A stretch of 32,000 bases of DNA from Candidatus Baldrarchaeota archaeon (GTDB lineage Archaea > Asgardarchaeota > Baldrarchaeia > Baldrarchaeales > DXJG01): the NCBI GenBank assembly GCA_019056805.1, contig DXJG01000006.1, forward strand, positions 51-32,050, written 5' to 3'. The notes beneath the pieces were generated by a model. It saw only the letters and a program-made list of their open reading frames with translations. It ran no database searches and was not told where the DNA came from. Below are positions 27,577 to 32,000 of the stretch, one piece after another; position 1 is the stretch's first letter, and each line of letters begins with the position of its first letter. The position numbers were made by a program, and so were the translations under genes.

Positions 27577-28632
27577 CTACCTCCAAGAAATCTTGTATTT
27601 TGCAAGAAACTCGCTTGTAAGTAAACAAGCCAATATAATTCCATTGAAAATGTTAACTACGCCGAAAGGCAGTCCCATAGATACTTGAATAGCGTCACCG
27701 CCAACAAAGAGAATTGCTAGGAAAAACGCGGTTATAATTGAAAGAATTGGATTATTTCTGGCAAGTAGCGCAACTATTATTCCAGCGTAGCCATAGCCTG
27801 AGGAAATACTAGATGCATAGCGAAGTCTATGATGAACTCCAGCCACTTCGCCAACACCTGCAATTCCAGCTAATCCACCACTAATAATCATAGCTAATAT
27901 AATTGCTTTTTCAACACTTATACCAGCATACCTAGCTACACGTTCATCTTGACCAGCAACCCTTAATTCAAAACCAATTGTTGTTTTAGTAAGTAAGAAA
28001 TAAAGTAAAACAGCACTTACCAACGCAATAATAAGAGTAGGCCAATGTATACGTGTTTTAGGAATAGTTGGTAACCATGCTGAAATTGGAAATTTATTAG
28101 TGTAGGGGAACCCCCATTCTTCAGCTCCTTTCCAGGGTCCATATATGAGGTAATCAACGAAACAAGCAGCAATATAATTCATCATAAGAGTCGTTATAAC
28201 CTCATTTGTTCCTAGTTTGCTTTTCAGAACAGCTGGGATAAAAGCCCAGGCTGCACCTCCGACAAAACCCAACAAAAACATTAGAGGTAATCTTGTGAAT
28301 TCTGGAACGCTTAAAAATAGTGCTACCCATGTTGCAAGTATAGCACCAATAAGTAGTTGCCCCTCTGCACCAATATTCCATGTATTTGCTTTAAAAGCTA
28401 TAGTGAGACCAATACCACAAAGCAAAAGCGGTATAAGCTTTGTTATTATCTCTCCCAATCTATGAGCTTTTCTAACTGTTCCAAAAATTTGAGCATAAGC
28501 ATAAAGTGGATTAATGCCATAAATAAGAAAGATGAAAGCAGCTATTACAAATGCCAGTAATATGGCTACAATAGTTGCAATAAGTTCTATTTCAGGTGTC
28601 ACCTCTCTTCTTTCAAGTCTCAGGTTTAACAC
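27577..28632 (-). CDS. Nucleoside/sugar (CUT2-type) ABC transporter permease 1
   Basis: WNIGAEGQ, NEVITTLMMNY, GFELR, GYGYAGIIVALL. Confidence 0.9.
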   Translation of the reverse strand: MLNLRLERREVTPEIELIATIVAILLAFVIAAFIFLIYGINPLYAYAQIFGTVRKAHRLGEIITKLIPLLLCGIGLTIAFKANTWNIGAEGQLLIGAILATWVALFLSVPEFTRLPLMFLLGFVGGAAWAFIPAVLKSKLGTNEVITTLMMNYIAACFVDYLIYGPWKGAEEWGFPYTNKFPISAWLPTIPKTRIHWPTLIIALVSAVLLYFLLTKTTIGFELRVAGQDERVARYAGISVEKAIILAMIISGGLAGIAGVGEVAGVHHRLRYASSISSGYGYAGIIVALLARNNPILSIITAFFLAILFVGGDAIQVSMGLPFGVVNIFNGIILACLLTSEFLAKYKISWR

Positions 28633-30124
28633 CTCCCATCATCAAACCAATTTCTTCAACCTTTGCCTTCTCTGAATCAACAATTCCCATAAAAGTACCC
28701 CTATACATAACGGCAATACGGTCACTAAGCTGCATAATTTCTTCCAAATCTTCAGAAACAAGTAATATAGCAACACCTTTTCGACGAAGCTCAAGAAGCA
28801 ATTTTCTTATTTCTTCGGTTGCAGCAACATCTAAACCAAAAGTAGGATGGAACGCAATAAGAAGCTTACATTCCCCTGAAGTCTCCCTAGCTAGTATAAG
28901 TCTCGCTATATTACCACCAGAAAGCTGCTGCACAGGCACATTTACGTTTGGCGTAACAATCTTATATTTCTCAATTAATTTTTCTGCAAGTTCTCTCGCT
29001 TTTCTTAAATCTAAAATCCCGTTTTTGGAGAAATTTGTATAGTTTTTTAACATTAAATTATCCATAACTGATAATGTAAGAACAGCTCCAACCCTACGAT
29101 CATCAGGTATGTGAGCCACACCAAGCTTTATAATATCTGCTGAAGATTTATTTGTCACATCTTTACCTAAAATCACAACTTCTCCATCTTCAACCCTTCT
29201 TAATCCAGTGATAGCTTCAACAAGTTCTCTCTGCCCGTTTCCTGCAACCCCTGCAATACCAAATATTTCACCAGCTCTAATGGAAAAGCTAACTCCTTTA
29301 ACAGCCAACAAACCTCTATCATCAAGAACACGTAAATTATTAACCTTTAAAACCTCTTCACCAAACACTACAGGCTCCTTTTTCAACTCAAATGTTACAG
29401 GTCTTCCCACCATTAACTTTGCTAATTCTAATTTTGTTATTTCCTTTGCAGGAACAGTTGCTATTTTTTTACCACGTCTAAGCACAGTTATACGATCAGC
29501 AATAGCAAAAACTTCTTCAAGTTTATGAGAAACAAAAACTATACTCTTCCCTTCCTCCTTCATTCTTCTAAGGACTTGAAAAAGCGACTCTACTTCAGAA
29601 GGAGTTAAAACTGTTGTAGGCTCATCAAGAATTAAAATTTCCGCACCTCTACATAAAGCCTTTATTAACTCTAATCTTTGTTTTTCTCCCATTGATAATT
29701 CATATACCATTGCATCAACATCTAACTCTAGACCATATCTTTCAGCTAACTCCTTAATCATGGATTGTATCTTATTTTTTCTCAATATTTTTCCAGGAAG
29801 TAAAAGAGCAAGGTTTTCAGCAACACTTAAATTATCAACCGTCTCGGGAAACTGTGGAACCCTTGCTATTCCAAGCTCCATAGCATCTTTCGGCGATCTT
29901 ATCTTAACCTCTTCTCCTCTTACAAATATTTTTCCCTCATCTGGTCTATATAGACCATATAAAATATTCATTAAAGTGGTTTTTCCCGCTCCATTCTCAC
30001 CAAGCAACGCATGAATTTCGCCAGGTTTTAAGTCAAAATCCACATGATCATTAGCCACCACGCCTGGAAAACGCTTCGTTATCCCTTTCATCTCTACAAC
30101 TGTTTCCAATTCGTTTCCTCCCAT
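28613..30124 (-). CDS. Nucleoside/sugar ABC transporter ATP-binding protein (two fused NBDs)
   Basis: GENGAGKT, LILDEPT, SHKL; second NBD GVAGNGQ, LSGGN, SEDLEE. Confidence 0.93.
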   Translation of the reverse strand: MGGNELETVVEMKGITKRFPGVVANDHVDFDLKPGEIHALLGENGAGKTTLMNILYGLYRPDEGKIFVRGEEVKIRSPKDAMELGIARVPQFPETVDNLSVAENLALLLPGKILRKNKIQSMIKELAERYGLELDVDAMVYELSMGEKQRLELIKALCRGAEILILDEPTTVLTPSEVESLFQVLRRMKEEGKSIVFVSHKLEEVFAIADRITVLRRGKKIATVPAKEITKLELAKLMVGRPVTFELKKEPVVFGEEVLKVNNLRVLDDRGLLAVKGVSFSIRAGEIFGIAGVAGNGQRELVEAITGLRRVEDGEVVILGKDVTNKSSADIIKLGVAHIPDDRRVGAVLTLSVMDNLMLKNYTNFSKNGILDLRKARELAEKLIEKYKIVTPNVNVPVQQLSGGNIARLILARETSGECKLLIAFHPTFGLDVAATEEIRKLLLELRRKGVAILLVSEDLEEIMQLSDRIAVMYRGTFMGIVDSEKAKVEEIGLMMGGVKPET

Positions 30125-30187
30125 GGATTCAGTCGCATTTTACACTGATGCTGACATCATACATGATAAATTTCCTAAATGACATAT

Positions 30188-30197
30188 AAAAAAGAAG
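30188..30197 (-). terminator. Oligo-T tract downstream of the BMP gene (possible partial terminator)
   Basis: Minus strand CTTCTTTTTT about 35 nt after the BMP stop, in the 108-nt gap before the ATPase. Confidence 0.35.
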
Positions 30198-30232
30198 TTA
30201 GAGATATGTTTTTCGCTTTGTGAACTGCTATG

Positions 30233-31444
30233 TTATTTTGGAACGGTTGCAATTATGTTGTCAACAAACCAGTCGATTGTCCATAGTTCGTCGTGAGTCA
30301 TTCTTCTACCAGCTTCAACTCTTAGGTTACCTTCGTTGTCGTAGATTGGCCCGGTGAACGGATCAAAGACTACGGTGTCTTCACTCATTTGCTCTAATCT
30401 CTTCATGACTAGCTCATAGACACTTATGTTTCCAAATTCTGGGTGATCGATGTAAGTGCTATTTAGTATAGGAATGAACTTGGGGTTTATTGGGACTCCA
30501 AATTCGCCACCGAGTTCAACAGCGCCTTCTCTAAGCATCCACCAATAGTCAACGTCTTCAAGGTTTGTTGAGTTATAGTAACCAGCATATATCTTACTTA
30601 ATATGTCGGCGTAGATGACTTCCCAGTGAACTAGTTGACCACTTACACAGACATCGGGTCCAAAGCTCTGCATGGGGCTATAGTGACTGAAAACGTAAAC
30701 AGGTTCACCAGCATCGTAATGTTCTTGAGCCACTTGAATTACGGTTGGTGAGTCTTCTGTAAATGCGAGAACGTCGCATCCCTCAGCTATTAAGGCTTCG
30801 GCTGCTTCTCTTGCTGCTGATGGGTTATACCAAGCATAAAGCCATCGTACATCTACTGTAGCATTCGGGTTTACTTCTTTTATGCCTAGAGCAAAAGCGT
30901 TGATATGTCTGACGACTTCAGGAATTGGGTGAGCAGCTACATATCCGATTTTGTTCGAGTTTGTTAGAGCGCCAGCCATAAGGCCATTAAGATAGTAGAG
31001 TTGATAGAACTCAGCAAAGTAAGTGCCAACGTTTGGAGCCCTCATGTAACCTGAACAATGGAAGAAGAGCTTATCAGGATGTCTTTCTCCTGCTTCAATT
31101 GTAGCATCCATGTAACCAAAGCTAGTGGTGAATACTACATCGCATCCCTCTTCCGTGATCAGGCTGTCTATGATTCTAGGTGCATCTGCTTCTGACACCG
31201 ATTCGACATAAACTGTTTCAAGCCATGGGAATATTTCTTCGCAAAATAGCCGTCCTTGATCATGAGCATGTGTCCATCCATAATCTCCAATTGGACCGAC
31301 GTAAATGAAGCCGGCTTTTATTGTCTTTCCAACTATTACCTCTTTTTCAACGACTCTCGGTGTAAGGGTATAACATACTGCATAACCCACTATTACGCCA
31401 ATTATTAACGCTACAATTATTACTGTGGTTGCTTCCTTTTGCAT
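30233..31444 (-). CDS. BMP-family (PnrA/Med-like) ABC substrate-binding protein, TM-anchored, probably for nucleosides/purines
   Basis: KAGFIYVGPIGDYGWTHAHDQGR, FTTSFGY, HCSGY, IPEVVRHINAFALG; N-terminal hydrophobic anchor. Confidence 0.92.
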   Translation of the reverse strand: MQKEATTVIIVALIIGVIVGYAVCYTLTPRVVEKEVIVGKTIKAGFIYVGPIGDYGWTHAHDQGRLFCEEIFPWLETVYVESVSEADAPRIIDSLITEEGCDVVFTTSFGYMDATIEAGERHPDKLFFHCSGYMRAPNVGTYFAEFYQLYYLNGLMAGALTNSNKIGYVAAHPIPEVVRHINAFALGIKEVNPNATVDVRWLYAWYNPSAAREAAEALIAEGCDVLAFTEDSPTVIQVAQEHYDAGEPVYVFSHYSPMQSFGPDVCVSGQLVHWEVIYADILSKIYAGYYNSTNLEDVDYWWMLREGAVELGGEFGVPINPKFIPILNSTYIDHPEFGNISVYELVMKRLEQMSEDTVVFDPFTGPIYDNEGNLRVEAGRRMTHDELWTIDWFVDNIIATVPK

Positions 31445-31937
31445 GATTTACCCACTCCCCTTTGGCATGATAATGTTAATTATTTTCTGATATTTATACT
31501 TTATTTGACATAAAAATGTATATAAATGATCTAACATAAGCTACAAATCTTAATCGAAAAAACAAGTCAAAAATACTCGTATGTCATAAACTAATTTCAG
31601 CTTTAATTTTTTTAAAATTTTCTAAATACCAATTTTTCTTCTTCTAATGTTTGCAATGTTAATAACAAATTTAAGTAAACGAAGTTATTATCAATTTATA
31701 CTTATAAATTGTCCAACTAATTTTTTCAATTTTTAATAAATATATTTTTGTCAAAACCCTTTACCTGATTGCCTGTTATTGTCGAAAACGCTACAGAAGA
31801 CCGTCTATGCAATTTCATGTGTAAATTATGTATGAAAAGATGTTGGTAAGAGAAAATTATTACAAAAATATGATTTGAAGCAAACTTTAATTTATATCTC
31901 TCCTAATTTACTTGTTGTTAAAATGACGGGGAAACCG

Positions 31938-32000
31938 ATGTCAAAAAGAGGATTAATATTTAACATACAAAGACTCTCAATTCATGACGGCCCAGGAATT
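31938..32000 (+). CDS. Glycyl-radical enzyme activating protein (radical SAM), 5' end only, truncated by the window edge
   Basis: Hand translation MSKRGLIFNIQRLSIHDGPGI matches the GxIFNIQRxSxHDGPGIR N-terminus; GGGGA RBS; not in the ORF track. Confidence 0.8.
   Translation, partial: MSKRGLIFNIQRLSIHDGPGI

Noticed and set aside
1241-30014. Short antisense or overlapping ORFs in the track (e.g. 2143-2379, 6814-7161, 7241-7621, 10224-10820, 14390-14770, 22310-22765, 28596-29042)
   Set aside because: They are shadows of well-supported genes on the opposite strand or in another frame, with no family motifs.
30150-31590. Recurring TGACAT hexamers around the ABC operon
   Set aside because: Too short, with inconsistent spacing and orientation, to distinguish from background.
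1-32000. CRISPR array, tRNA/rRNA, IS element or provirus
   Set aside because: No regularly spaced direct repeats, GC-rich structured RNA segment, transposase, integrase or virion gene was seen by eye.

Overview
AT-rich archaeal chromosomal window. Evidence: GGTGA/GGAGG ribosome-binding sites, TATA-type promoters, TTG/GTG starts, F420 genes and a TM-anchored BMP binding protein; the lineage cannot be assigned from this window. It holds mostly accessory metabolism and transport genes. In order: an RHH/PIN toxin-antitoxin pair; a frameshifted GNAT; an intact primase-polymerase (AEP) fused to an unrecognised C-terminal domain; an MFS; a split UxaA/SuyAB-type dehydratase with a frameshifted tandem GNAT between its subunits; an F420 block (FbiB-C/FbiE-like reductase, cofD, MFS, cofC); an ECF S component; a Rid/M20(YgeY-like)/PLP dehydratase trio; CopB; DUF4438-like; CooC-like; a divergent inositol-phosphate synthase homolog; acyl-CoA dehydrogenase; EamA; a frameshifted double-domain KaiC/GvpD-like ATPase followed by two paralogous membrane proteins; a BMP-type nucleoside ABC transporter; and the 5' end of a glycyl-radical activating enzyme. 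No rRNA, tRNA, CRISPR array, transposase or integrase was seen. Best leads: the AEP fusion, the transporter inside a dehydro-F420-type operon, and the Ino1 homolog with altered catalytic motifs. Five inferred indels, all in homopolymer runs, break four genes and may be assembly errors. Family calls and reference motifs come from memory; no database search was run.
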